Origin: Octopus vulgaris
Taxonomy: Eukaryota
Direction of reading: 5' to 3'
NCBI GenBank assembly: GCA_951406725.2
Contig: OX597822.1
Location: 75,764,001 to 75,828,000, forward strand
Length of the DNA: 64,000 bases
The notes under the pieces are model-generated. The model did not search any database and was not told the DNA's origin. It saw nothing but the letters and a program-made list of their open reading frames with translations. Each line of letters begins with the position of its first letter. Within the stretch, counting starts at the first letter, position 1. This document shows, piece after piece, positions 51,912-64,000 of this stretch. The translations under genes were made by a program, and so were the position numbers.

Positions 51912-52131
51912 TCGCCATGAATGACCACTTGCTACTGAAGCTTCTTTTTCTCTTTATTCGCTCTCTGTTTATTTTCTCGTGTTCCTTTCTGTTGAAGTAC
52001 GTACGCTCAAAATGTAGAAGACTCTCACTTTCCCGAGGTTAAATTAATACACCTGTTTGTTTTTTTGTTTACACACCTGTCTTCGTCTTTTGTTTTTTTG
52101 TTTGTTTTTTTTTTTTTTATAAATTCCAAAT
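51910..52131 (+). mobile_element. About 200-bp hammerhead-like repeat (17150 family), degenerate
   Basis: ctgttgaagtacgtacgctcaaaatgtagaagac...acacctgtcttcgtctttt. Confidence 0.6.
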
Positions 52132-52556
52132 TGTTGGCACCCTTTTGTCTCGGGAGACAATTGAGTCGCGCATAAACTAATCCAGTCTGGTCTTTACATT
52201 TCATGTCTTCTCCAGTTTCCTCTCCAGTCTTGCGCAGGCCTGGGCTAGATGTAAGAAAATCCTGGGTAGCCCAATCGTCAGGATTCCTCTCTCAACCTTG
52301 CTGATGTAGTCCAAAGGAGAACAGAGCATTACGTTTGGCACCAGCTTGGTTGCAGGAGCTGCCGGAAGAGTGTCGTATCGAACACTAAACTGCCTACGGG
52401 GCTCCACTCCGGATTTTTCTGAAGGTTGTCTCCTTTACGTAACTCTGGATAGGGGCCCATGCCGGGTACTGTCAGCCGAAGCCAGCTAAGCCCAAGACTC
52501 GTGTCAGGAAGGGTTGTCATTCCCTGAAGTAGTGAAGAAAATCGCTACCTACTACC
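52132..52556 (-). mobile_element. Short retroposed element with 12-bp TSD (RTE-related, probably non-autonomous)
   Basis: TSD taaattccaaat at 52120-52131 and 52557-52568; the minus 3' end encodes SIVSRDKRVPT, like RTE ORF ends. Confidence 0.65.
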
Positions 52557-52563
52557 TAAATTC

Positions 52564-52614
<51 letters not shown>

Positions 52615-52809
52615 TAAATAAGAAAATAGAGAAACAAATTTGGTTTGTTCATCAACTTACGGATATTATAATGTTGGATTATTTATTCATTTTACAAATG
52701 AGAACATCAAAAGCATACAAAAGTATTATATAAATTAATAGATAAGATAATAATACAAATACAGATTTTAAAAGTCATAGTATAGATTAATGAAATCCTA
52801 AAAATTACT

Positions 52810-52876
52810 TCTTACAGCTGTTTCAGCCTATGGTCAAAAGTGAATCTAATTTTCATTGCCTATAGATGTCAACAAT
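52810..52876 (-). ncRNA. Degenerate long-stem-II hammerhead (same 3' half as 27583)
   Basis: Minus: ttgttga-catctataggcaa...ttgaccataggct-GAAA-cagctg-TA-aga. Confidence 0.45.
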
Positions 52877-52959
52877 GATATCCCATTGTGGGTTCCACCC
52901 ATAACCCCTATCTTACTTACTTTGTACTATATATATATACACATGTGTACGTGCATGCG

Positions 52960-53245
52960 CACGCCTATTTGTGTCTTTGTGCCGATGTTTCTCTCAACCA
53001 CCAGTACTTGACAAGAATTGTTGGATTGTTTACGTTCTCGTAACTTATCCTTTCGGCAAACGAAATAGAATAATTATATTGCTTCGGCCATGCATATACT
53101 AAAATCAAAACGATACAGGGAATGTTATCATGGTCCCGGCACATGGATAACACTCAAATTCGTGAAGCATTCTATTACTTTTTTAAGGTGGTGCCCGGTA
53201 CGGACACAGTCTAGTGACTGAAACAAGTAAAAGAAGATAAAAAGA
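52960..53245 (+). mobile_element. SINE family A 3' part, degraded and interrupted
   Basis: gtttacgttctcgtaactta...gtgactgaaacaagtaaaag. Confidence 0.6.
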
Positions 53246-54499
53246 AGGTATGTATGTATAACTTGGATATATTTGGGTCGTTATTGATCCAGAAAATCGT
53301 TATATATACAAGCCACATGTAATCTTTGCTCACTGTTAATTATCGTAGATTATTTTCTTATTGTACAAAGATTGTACGCATTCATCTATTGAAATTTCAA
53401 AAACAGATGGGAAACAAACAATAAAAAAGCAAAGAGGAAAAATATCAATAAAAATACAACTTTTACAATCGGATAGAATGATGCAATTTAATAGTAAACG
53501 CGTCTGTAACAGGTGTAGTGAACATTTAACCAATTTGTTTTCTTAAGTAAATTCCACAGCGTATATGGAACTTGCACTTTGTTGCATCTAGACCATACAT
53601 TGGATAGTGAAACTGCATGCGTATATGGATATGTAATTTCATTTACATGTACATTTATAGGTATGTGTATGTTTGATGTGCATGTACATGTATGTGTAAC
53701 TGTATGGATATGTCGCAATATCTATGGGTACGTATGAATGTGTATATTTGTGGCATATATGCAGGTATGAATATCTCGAGCCTCACTTTGTGTCCTTGAT
53801 ATAAAAAATACCCTGATTCATATGAAATCCTATAAATAACGCACACACACATATATATATATATAAGTGTTGAGTATGTAAATATATATAAATGTCAAAG
53901 TGGCAAAGAATTAAATTCGAATTTGTAAACTAAGAATGAGAGGTGATTGTGCCATTCAATTCATTTAGGCTAATCATGGTATGACAGTGTCATTCAATTT
54001 TGGATCTGAAATTTCAGAAGAATAAGAATTAAATTAACATCACTCTATCCTCAAAATTGACGTTTTATGGACATATTCAGCGCACGATTATGTTTCAGTT
54101 TATTTCGGTCGTAGCCTCAGCAGTTTCCATAAGTGTGAAAAATAAACTATTGAACTAAAATATACGATCTTGAACTAAATATTTTAATACGTCTTCATAT
54201 ATTGCGGCTGTGTTTCAATGTTTTTCATTCATATAGAGGCGAGAATTTTCATCTTTTCAATTAATTTTGAAAGACTTCTCAAAAGAGTCCGAAAATATGT
54301 GACACGCTACCACTTTCACAGCTCACTGGTCACTTGTCTCAGTCTGTTTGACACACTTACTAATCTGTGCTCTTTGTGCGATGCAATTCATATTAACAAA
54401 CTAAATTATTCATAAAATGGTAAAGTTAACCATGACGATTATGAATCTGAAATTGAACGCTCGTTAAAAGCAAGTAAATGTAATGATAATAATGCGAAA

Positions 54500-54803
54500 G
54501 CACGACTCAATTGTAAATATTGCAATAGCTATTTAGATTTTGGGTTTCATTGAACTGGCAATGAGGATCAATCTATTCCTCTGTGTTGTTTGTGGTGAAA
54601 AGATGTCTAACGAAGTCATATTGCCCAGCAAGTAGAAAAGACATTGTACAACTAAGCACTCACATTTTCACTGTAAAGATCTGAATTATTTCCAAAGACT
54701 GCAAGAACAGCAGTCTAAACAAAGAAACTATTTTGAAAACAGGATATAATACTTCCGAAAAGGCTCAAGTCGCGTCCATTTGAGATAGTTGAAATGATTG
54801 TAA
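54500..54803 (+). pseudogene. hAT (Buster/Charlie, ZBED5-like) transposase N-terminal remnant
   Basis: KYCNSYLDFGF..GNEDQSIPLC.VCGEKMSNE..LPSK*KRH..TKH..KDLNYFQR..KAQVAS; BED-finger-like; contains stops and frameshifts. Confidence 0.75.
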
Positions 54804-54814
54804 GGGGTCGATAT

Positions 54815-55017
54815 CCTTTACCATAGTCACTACAAGAACTGGAGACTGTTTTAACTGAATGAATGGACAAAAATTCCTTTGGAAGCAATTCAAACTTTGT
54901 ACGAGTCCATACCTCGTAGAATTCAAGCTGTAATTACTGCCAAAGGCGGTCCTACCCCATATTAAAATAAATTTGTTTGAAATTTTAAGGTATTTCCATT
55001 ATTTTCTTCAACCCCTG
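54815..55017 (+). mobile_element. Tc1 transposase C-terminus plus right end
   Basis: WTKIPLEAIQTLYESIPRRIQAVITAKGGPTPY* then ...tcaacccctg terminus. Confidence 0.85.
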
Positions 55018-55029
55018 TTTGTATAAAAC

Positions 55030-55127
55030 ACTTTTTGAATAAATTTTAGAACTTATGTACCAAGTGCACAAAAATATTTTGACTTCTTGTAAGGTTCACC
55101 GCGAGGAAAAAAGTTTGGGAACCACTG
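55030..55127 (+). mobile_element. hAT right end with TIR
   Basis: aaaagtttgggaaccactg is the reverse of the CAGTGGTTCCCAAAC Charlie-type TIR. Confidence 0.7.
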
Positions 55128-56384
55128 GATTAATATATATATAAGTACTTGATATCGTCAGGATTTCTTTCGGCAGTTGCGCAGCCTTCTTCATGATGTA
55201 GTAAATTCAGTGGTGAAAAAATCATGCTTAGATGTTTGCATTAATTTCCATGCTTTGTATTATACAACAAAATTATATATGCACATTTCCATACAAAAAA
55301 TTAAAATTAAAAAATAGAAGTAGCCCCATCAGATCACCAGAACCTCAGTGTTACACCAACCTAACAATCCTTATATGTAATTTTTTAAAAATTTTTTATC
55401 AAATATTTCCCTGAAGAGACTCATACCCAAGAATATGAATTTTTTTTATACATTCCTTATTGGGAATGCAGGATTAATATTTGTACTTCTATTCATTTTA
55501 TATTATGTATTTTTTTATTGTAATATAGTATTATGTCAATAAATTATATTTAAAATATGTCAATCACACATTTCCACATCCTTCTTTTTGTTTATTGAAT
55601 ATATGACCTTTGGGATTGTGAAAGTTTTACTCTACCATATTGGGTGTTGACCTAAAAGCCAGTGAAAAATTGGATGTTTTTCCATCCCTGTAAAGGAAAT
55701 TGTTCTTCCTTGTATTGAATTTATTATATGTATATATAGGAGCATAGAAGTCGAAAATGCAATGAGAATAGTTAAAATAATTTTTATTTGTATATTTAAA
55801 GCTTTAACTGGTTTCACAGTTTACACTGAATTTCAAAAGGTTCGAATAGAAAGACGTGTCTTATGTCGCAGCTTTTTTGCATCTGACTAGTGTTTGAAAC
55901 TTGTCCTATTTTTATAAGGAGTTCATGGCTCAAATTAGTATGATTTAAATAGGATTTCATTGGTTGAGGGTAGTCACATGACTGGGCTTAGAAATTATAG
56001 TTTACCCACTACGTTTGTGTGTTAGTATCAAGTGAAGATGTTTCACGTAATAAGAGAAGGCTGACATGGTTAACTGAACATTTCCATACAATCAATGCTC
56101 TGAATGTTTTCTGCCAAGTATTTGTACGTTTTTTACACTACGTCTGTGTATTAGTGTCATGTGACAGTATACTTTGCGCCTAAAATGAAGGCCGACGCGG
56201 TTGGGCGAACATGTTTAGTTACAAACAAGGCACTTCAGATTTAATCTGCCTGGTGGGAAAATAGACAGGAGTCGTTTGTATGTTGTCCAGTGGCTAAAGG
56301 TTAGGTTCTTAGCTGTGAAGGTTCCTCATGTTAAGTGACAGAATGAGTTTTGTGTGTGAATAGTTATTTGTGTATGTACACTGT

Positions 56385-57530
56385 TAAAGTTTGTTAAGTC
56401 TAGGTTTGTATTTTCGTATGAATGTATTTTCTTTGTTTATCCGTGTCCCATTTGTGGTATATGATAAACGTAAGTAATGGGAAATCCTGGAGTTTGGAGG
56501 ACTTATTTTTTGCACATACATCTCTGTGTCCACTCAGTGGAATCTGTCTAGTACTGAGGTCTCGTATTTGTTGTCGGTGAATGATCCGTCAATTTCTTAG
56601 AGTAAGCTTTATTTGACCTATGTAATCTTCATTACATCCTTGACATTTAATAACGTATATTAAATTCCTTGAAGAACATATAAAGTGATGTTTTACGGTA
56701 AAAATCTGTCCTAGTTTGAATTTGTATGTTGTGCCTTCAATAAAGTTGATGGCCACACTTTTTGACTGTTGGCGTCGGAATTGTGGAAGGTAATTTAGCA
56801 CACGTGAAGAATTTTTAAGGGACTTTGTTTATGTTTTACTTTTGATTATTTTGTGTATTTCGAATATATGTTTCATTCTTGGGTCTTGTTATAGTAGTGG
56901 GATGTTCTGGCGGATAATATAGTTAACCTCAGTGTTACTTGGTTTATATGTTGTTATAAAGGATAGAGTATTGGAGGTATCGGGTGCGGTTTTCGTTTTT
57001 TATAGTTCTTCGATATTTATTGCTTTGGCACGTTCTTTCCCGTTGACTATTAAGATTAATGGGTATTGTCTTTTAAGGAGTACTTGTTTTAGTTCATGGA
57101 GTCTTTTATTGCATGTTTCAGAGTTTGAGACAATAATGCATAATTTTCTTGCTAGATTAAAGGGAATATTATTCTTCGTGTGTTTGGGATAGCATGAGGA
57201 GAACAAGAAGAATTGTTTAGAATCTGCTTGTTTGTAGTGAATATCTATTTGAATGTTTCTATTGCTTTCGATGATTAGTATATCCAGGAATGGTAGTTGA
57301 TTTTCACTGCATTCCATGGCGAAATCAATATTGTTTATGCGGTTGATTAGAATTTTGAAATCTATAAGATGTTCAAATGTGTGCACCCATAGGATTAGGC
57401 AGTCATCTAAGTAAGGTTTCCAGTTTTCTAGTAGATATTTGTGGAAGTTCAAGCAATATTTTAATTCAGATTGTTCATATATCTGGACATCCATGTATTC
57501 CATGACTAGATTGGAGTAAGTCGGAGAAAC
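56385..57530 (-). mobile_element. Penelope-like element, degraded RT plus GIY-YIG endonuclease
   Basis: WKPYLDDCLILW, LPFLDI, SSCYPKHTKNNIPFNLAR; CSSRNLIYVIKCQGCNEDYIGQ (GIY-YIG); frameshifted. Confidence 0.9.
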
Positions 57531-57539
57531 TTTTGTTGC

Positions 57540-57920
57540 TGTTGCAGTCCCAGATATTTGTAAATATTGCCATCGAAAAAAAAAAAAAGACAGGCGCTAC
57601 TCCATGGTACCAAGGGTCCCAACATTGCCATCAGGATACAGAACCAGATACTGCAGCAATTTGGTTCAAAGGCCTACAACTCTTCAATATACTCCCACAA
57701 GGTCTGAGAGATCAGCATGACGTGGGTGTAGGTTTTTCAAAACAAAACTATATCTCCCTCTGTCAAGAGTTCTGTATGAACTTACCTCTAGGCAAGAAAC
57801 ACAGATCAGAGCAGTGACATCAAACTCCCTCATCCACTAAAAGATGTTTAGTGAAAGTGTTGGAAGGTAAAAGGTGGTGCGCCAACATGGCTGCAGTCCT
57901 TGGACTGAAACTTGGAGAAG
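57540..57920 (+). mobile_element. 3' end of a CR1/L2-group LINE with a tail shared with SINE family A
   Basis: FKGLQLFNILPQGLRD...FKTKL...RAVTSNSLIH*; 3' UTR ggtggtgcgccaacatggctgcagtccttggactgaaac. Confidence 0.7.
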
Positions 57921-58254
57921 CAAAAACATCTATAAATTAGTTTCTTTGTGTCTGTTTGAGTGTGTAAGGGAGATGGGTATGTGCGTTATTCTGTGTGTGT
58001 GTGTATGTGTGTGTTTGTATGTGTGTGTATGTCTGTTGACAGAGGGGAAGTGAACCAGAGAACAGAAGAAAAATATGGATAGTGATTAATAAAGAAATTA
58101 CATAGGGTATATGCAAATAATAACCATCGTTCTGTAAAAACAAATGCATATCAAAATGTACACAGCAGAATAGGAATCAGAGAGTGCGTGTGTATGCCTA
58201 CCCATCTGGGTACGCGGGCGCCTGTGTCTAGCTGTGTGTAAGAATATATGTATA

Positions 58255-58324
<70 letters not shown>

Positions 58325-58561
58325 AGCAGATAGGGCAAACGACATCCGCACACATATAGAGTCTGCTTTTTTAACGTATATATATAATGGATGGAAATAA
58401 ATTGTGTTAATATATATATCTATCAAACTTCCTCTCTCTCTCCCACTAAATGTATATATAGGTGTGTCTAAATATATATGTGTATATATACACATATATA
58501 TTCATATATATATACACACACACATACACACACACACACACATATATATTTACTTACATAC

Positions 58562-58624
<63 letters not shown>

Positions 58625-58848
58625 AATATATATGTGGGTGTGTATGTGTCTGTGTTATACAAAATACATAAAATTACATGCAAAGAATGCTGACGGAGAA
58701 ATAAAAAATATCTCATGAATAATTGCATTGAATATAGAAGTAACTTAATCTGGAGCTCACGCACAATTACTCCACACAGACACACACATACACACACACA
58801 CACACGAATATATATATATGTCTCTCTCTATCTCTGTCTCTCTGTCTC

Positions 58849-58904
<56 letters not shown>

Positions 58905-59091
58905 TATATATATATATGTATATATATAATGGATGGAAAAAGATTGAGTTCATATAGATAATTATATACATATATACATATAAATTTTACGTCTATATTT
59001 ATTTTGCCAATTGTACACATATTTATAGGCACTTCTCATCTCCCTCTCACGCGCCGATATATGTGGATTAAAATAGACTAAATTGATATAA

Positions 59092-59093
<2 letters not shown>

Positions 59094-59154
<61 letters not shown>

Positions 59155-59196
59155 CATATATATTTATACATATATATACATGTATATATATATATG

Positions 59197-59254
<58 letters not shown>

Positions 59255-59575
59255 CATATATATATATGTATGTATGCATATATATATATATGTATGTATG
59301 CATATATATATATATGTATGTATGCATATATATATATATGTATGTATGCATATATATATATATGCATGTATGTATGCATATATATATATATGTATGTATG
59401 CATATATATATATATATGTATGTATGCATATATATATATGTATGTATGCATATATATATATGTATGTATGTATGCATATATATATATATATATGTATGTA
59501 TGCATATATATAAATATGCATATACATATATATATATGCATGTATGTATGTATGTGTATGCACACACACACATAA
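59094..59575. repeat. (TA)n plus about 22-bp minisatellite [(TA)nTGTATGTATGCA]
   Basis: Unit repeated more than 10 times at 59228-59505. Confidence 0.92.
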
Positions 59576-59821
59576 TTGACGTGTATATAGTTAGCTTATA
59601 CTCTTTAACAACTTTTTCCTCTTCTTATGCTGCCCTTAATATTGTAGCTTATCTCTCTTTGTCACAACAGTGGGAAACGTAGCTCTCTATACATCTACAC
59701 CAACTGGACTGTGCATATACATACATACATATATACGCACGTATATGCACACATACGAACACGCACATTCACATGTAAACACACAGGGACATACACACAC
59801 ATATGAATGTTCATATACATA

Positions 59822-59905
<84 letters not shown>

Positions 59906-60027
59906 TATATCTGTATAATGCTGGTGAAAAGAAAATAGCTAAAATCAATTTTCCAGCCATTGGCAGTCTGACAAAAGTCGAAAGATATAAACGCGGGTAG
60001 GGAATACTTAAAAAAAACGGAACAAGG

Positions 60028-60129
<102 letters not shown>

Positions 60130-60404
60130 ATGTATCGAAAGTAAATATAAGAAAATAAGTGCTGGATATAGGGAAGATTAATGCTGCAGGCTTGATGCGT
60201 TGCTAACTCCATACTAATATATCAAATCATTCATAGCAATATTATGCATATATATATATGTATATATGTATGTATGTATGTATTTATACAAGTGTGTATT
60301 TATTTCCTATCACCTCTTCGATATCAACAATGCATGCGCAATAACAAGTGTGAGTGCAGTGGGATAAAATAAACAACTCCAACGTCGGCGACATTAATAA
60401 CGGG

Positions 60405-60432
60405 GAGATAACAATGGTGATGATAATATTGT

Positions 60433-60466
<34 letters not shown>

Positions 60467-60500
60467 AACAATAATAACAATGATGGTTAGGATGAGGATG

Positions 60501-60570
<70 letters not shown>

Positions 60571-60655
60571 CAATAAATAGCAACAGCGTATATCTGAGAC
60601 AGATTATTAACACAAGCTAGCAAACAACATCAACAACAATAGCAACAACAACAAG
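60405..60655. repeat. (GAT)n/(TAA)n/(CAA)n trinucleotide repeats
   Basis: Read directly. Confidence 0.92.
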
Positions 60656-61124
60656 AGAGGCAAAAATACACGACCATCAATAACAACACCCATGGGAGGA
60701 ACTAATAACACCAAACGTAATATCACATATAAGAAGATGAATGTCTACTAGTGAAGCAAAAAAAAAAATAACTTAAAGAAGAAATGAACAACAGCAAGAA
60801 TAATAAACGGCAATAACAGAAAAAATAATTATACTAATAATAGTAACAGAAGAATAAGAAGCACCAAAAGGAATCATATAGGCACCAACATGGAAATTAG
60901 GAAAGCAGAAAAAATGGATAAGGAAGGGGGAAAAAAATGAAAATCTCGACTGTTACAAGAAACCAACAGCTACAGCAACAACAACGATAACAACGGGAAT
61001 AATATTAAAAAATATTATTGTTGAGAGTAAAATATGATCAGCAACAGCGTTTAGAAATTAGATATGAATGCCTGTATGAACAATATTCATATATATATAT
61101 ATATATATATATGTACATGTATAA

Positions 61125-61175
<51 letters not shown>

Positions 61176-61210
61176 TATATACATATATCTGTATATATGT
61201 ACATGTATAA

Positions 61211-61242
<32 letters not shown>

Positions 61243-61321
61243 ATAAAGGTATGTATATATATATATATATGTATATATGCTTATGTATAGTAGTATATAT
61301 GTGTGTGTGTGTATGTTTATG

Positions 61322-61382
<61 letters not shown>

Positions 61383-61919
61383 GTATATATGTATATATGC
61401 AATCGTACATTGTATTATAGATTAAATTGCTATGAAATTGAAACGCCACAATACGAATTCAAAAATAGCGCCAAACGTTAATGTTAGGGATATTTACAAT
61501 AGCAGGCTTAATGACTTTCAAAACAGTATCCACGGGGCATATATGTGCGTCTCTCTCTCTCTCTCTCTCTTTATGGATATATATGTATATGTGTGTCTGT
61601 ATGTGTGTGTGTGTGTCTTTGCGTGTTTGGGAGTGTGTGTGTTCAGCTGTACATCAAACATAGTTATGTATGTATGTATGTATGTATTTCAAAACAAGTA
61701 TACAATTATGTGTTTTAGTGTTTGCGTATTAGCAAACCGTCGCTCGATGGTATAGTATAACCGTTTAACTTTATTGCTCCAACGCATGGATCGATGATGC
61801 GATTGAATGAAGTCTATAACTGACCCTTGCATACAATAATTTAAGGCGCATGTCAAAATTTAGTGAACCGTAACGTAATATTTCACCCCCCGTCTCGTAT
61901 CCATAGTTATATCCGTCCT

Positions 61920-61968
61920 CTTACATATCTTTTCGTTTCACACGATTGACGTCGCGTTCATCAGTAAG
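61920..61968 (-). ncRNA. Hammerhead-like motif with non-canonical cleavage site
   Basis: Minus: ctta-CTGATGA-acgcga cgtcaa tcgtgt-GAAA-cgaaaagatatg-taag. Confidence 0.35.
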
Positions 61969-62317
61969 TTCATGTCATATTGATCGTGCCTGTGCACTTT
62001 ATAAAATGTTCTCTGCTAATGGTAATGTTTGCTTCCTGCAAATATCGATTGTCGAAAAGAAGTTATATTTTGTCAGCAATGGTTTGAAATAATTATCCAG
62101 ATTAACATTGCCGAGATCCGACAACTCCTAGTTGCATTCTCTTCTTTTTTTTTTTACATTAGAATAAATTTACCAGGGGGATGTATTGTAAGAGTCTCAG
62201 TTGTCCGCATACTGTCCCGCAACTAATTTACAACTCAATGCTTTCGCAAGAAAAGAAATATATGCATAGATATATACATCTATAGGTATGTGTCTCTATA
62301 TCGTGATGCATAGCTCT

Positions 62318-62543
62318 GCGAGCTGGCAGAATCGTTAGCATGTCGGGCGATGCGTTTAGCGGTATGTCGTCTGCCGTTACGTTCTGAGTTCAAATTCCGC
62401 CGAGGTCGACCTTGCATTTCATCCTTTCGGAGTCGATTAAATATGTACCAGATGCGCACTGGGATCGATGTAATCGACTTAATCCGTTTGTCTGTCCTTG
62501 TTTGTCCCCTCTCTGTTTAGCCCTTTGTGGGTAGTAAAGAAAT
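62318..62543 (+). mobile_element. SINE family B
   Basis: Matches the 22221 copy. Confidence 0.88.
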
Positions 62544-62759
62544 ATATCGTTATGTACATGTATTTTTTATATATTTGTATGCATATATACATACCTATAT
62601 AACACGCATGTGCATTTAACATATGCACATGTATAGTTGCATTTATATGAGTGCACATACAGGTATGGTATTGTTTGTATGCCTCTATATCTAAAGGTAT
62701 ATAAGTGTATTCATTTGAATATAAGTACTTATACATGCATAAACATATATGTGTATATG

Positions 62760-62821
<62 letters not shown>

Positions 62822-62950
62822 TGTATGTATGTATGTATATAAATTTAAAATAAGGTGAAAAATTGAATATTAATTTCATTAATATCAATTTAAAACCAGT
62901 GGTCTAGCGTATTGAAAAATCTGAAGATTCAGAAAAATTATACTACATAT

Positions 62951-63091
62951 ATATAAGAGGGATGACCATTAAGTGGACATCCATTATGCTAGAAGTCGAC
63001 ACCCTATGGTCTTACCACTAAGAAAGGTAAGACCATAGGGGGTCTACTTGTAGCATAATGGATGTCCACTTTGTGGTCATCCGTCTTATAT
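62951..63091. repeat. Fold-back inverted repeat (about 65-bp arms)
   Basis: ggatgacca..aagtggacatccattatgcta...ccctatggtcttacc / ggtaagaccataggg...tagcataatggatgtccactt..tggtcatcc. Confidence 0.9.
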
Positions 63092-63107
63092 GCATATATA
63101 TATATAT

Positions 63108-63484
63108 AGTGGGGACGCAATGGCCCAGTGGTTAGGGAACGGATTCGCGGTCGTAGGATCGCGGTTTCACGTTGTGAGTATTTATTGAGCGAAGACACTT
63201 GAAGCTCCTCGAGGGTCATTGCAGGGGGGTGGGGGTGGGGTGGCGAACCCTGCCGTGCTCTTTCACCACAGCTTTCCCTCACTCTTTCTTCTTGTTTCTC
63301 TTGTACCTATATTTCAAAGGGCCAGACTTGTCACACTCTGTGTCACGATGAATCTCCCCGAGGACTACGTTAAGGGTACACGTATCTGTGGAGTACTCAG
63401 CCACTTGCACGTTAATTTCACTTGCAGGCTGTTCCGTTGATCGGATCAACTGGAACCCTCGTCGTCATAACCGACGGAGTGCCA

Positions 63485-63486
<2 letters not shown>
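63108..63486 (+). mobile_element. SINE family C
   Basis: Matches the 30153 copy. Confidence 0.88.
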
Positions 63487-63523
<37 letters not shown>

Positions 63524-63544
63524 CATATACATACATACATACAT

Positions 63545-64000
63545 ATCAGACCTCCCCGAGACCTACCACCCCTCCTACTTCTATTCCATCCACCCCTTCT
63601 CCACTTCCGTCTGTTGTTACCATTCCTCCCGATCTTCCCCTCTCTGCGGCTGAACGCTCCGTCCTTGGTAGGGGTCTGCGTTTCATCCCCCTCACTCCAT
63701 CCTGTAAGGAATTCCAGACGCGAGTTGATGTCCACAGCTTTGTGCGCCGTGTCCGGTTGGGTGCGCATTACCACGACTCGCCACCCACACCCAACGAAGA
63801 GGACGACTGCTTCACTGGCCTGGGCCGCCGACCATCCCCGTGGACGCCTGCCCCTGGCCAGATCCTAGCAGTGGATCTTTTCGCGGGCGCTTGTCAGCGT
63901 GCATTGGAGCGGTTCAACTTCTCCAGGCGCCAACGCCGCCTCAACATCTCCCCGGCTGAGCTCTTGGCTCTTCGTTCCCTCCAACGGCGCGCTGACATTA
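63545..64000 (+). mobile_element. Penelope-like element ORF (region upstream of the RT core), runs off the window
   Basis: VVTIPPDLPLSAAERSVLGRGLRFIP..(fs)..FVRRVRL...SPWTP...NISPAELLALRSLQRRADI, the usual PLE segment before ADKG; GC-rich. Confidence 0.8.

Overview
AT-rich, microsatellite-saturated eukaryotic DNA, intergenic or intronic. The repeat content is most consistent with an Octopus (coleoid cephalopod) genome; this is an inference from the SINE types and (TA)n/(CA)n density. No intact host gene is supported, and nearly all listed ORFs are translations of microsatellites. Mobile DNA includes about 35 copies of tRNA-derived SINEs (CORE-like, Meta-like, a tRNA-Arg-like family and a V-like family). 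It also includes decayed Penelope-like (RT/GIY-YIG), R4/Dong, RTE and CR1/L2-like LINE pieces, Tc1/mariner, hAT and piggyBac remnants, and a complete non-autonomous Helitron carrying a piggyBac fragment. The most striking signal is about 16 sequence-diverse minimal hammerhead-ribozyme motifs. Most have a palindromic stem III, several have very long stem II or core variants including a G3-C8 swap, and four sit at the axis of head-to-head fold-back elements whose arms start at the ribozyme. All calls were made by eye, and boundaries of degraded elements are approximate.
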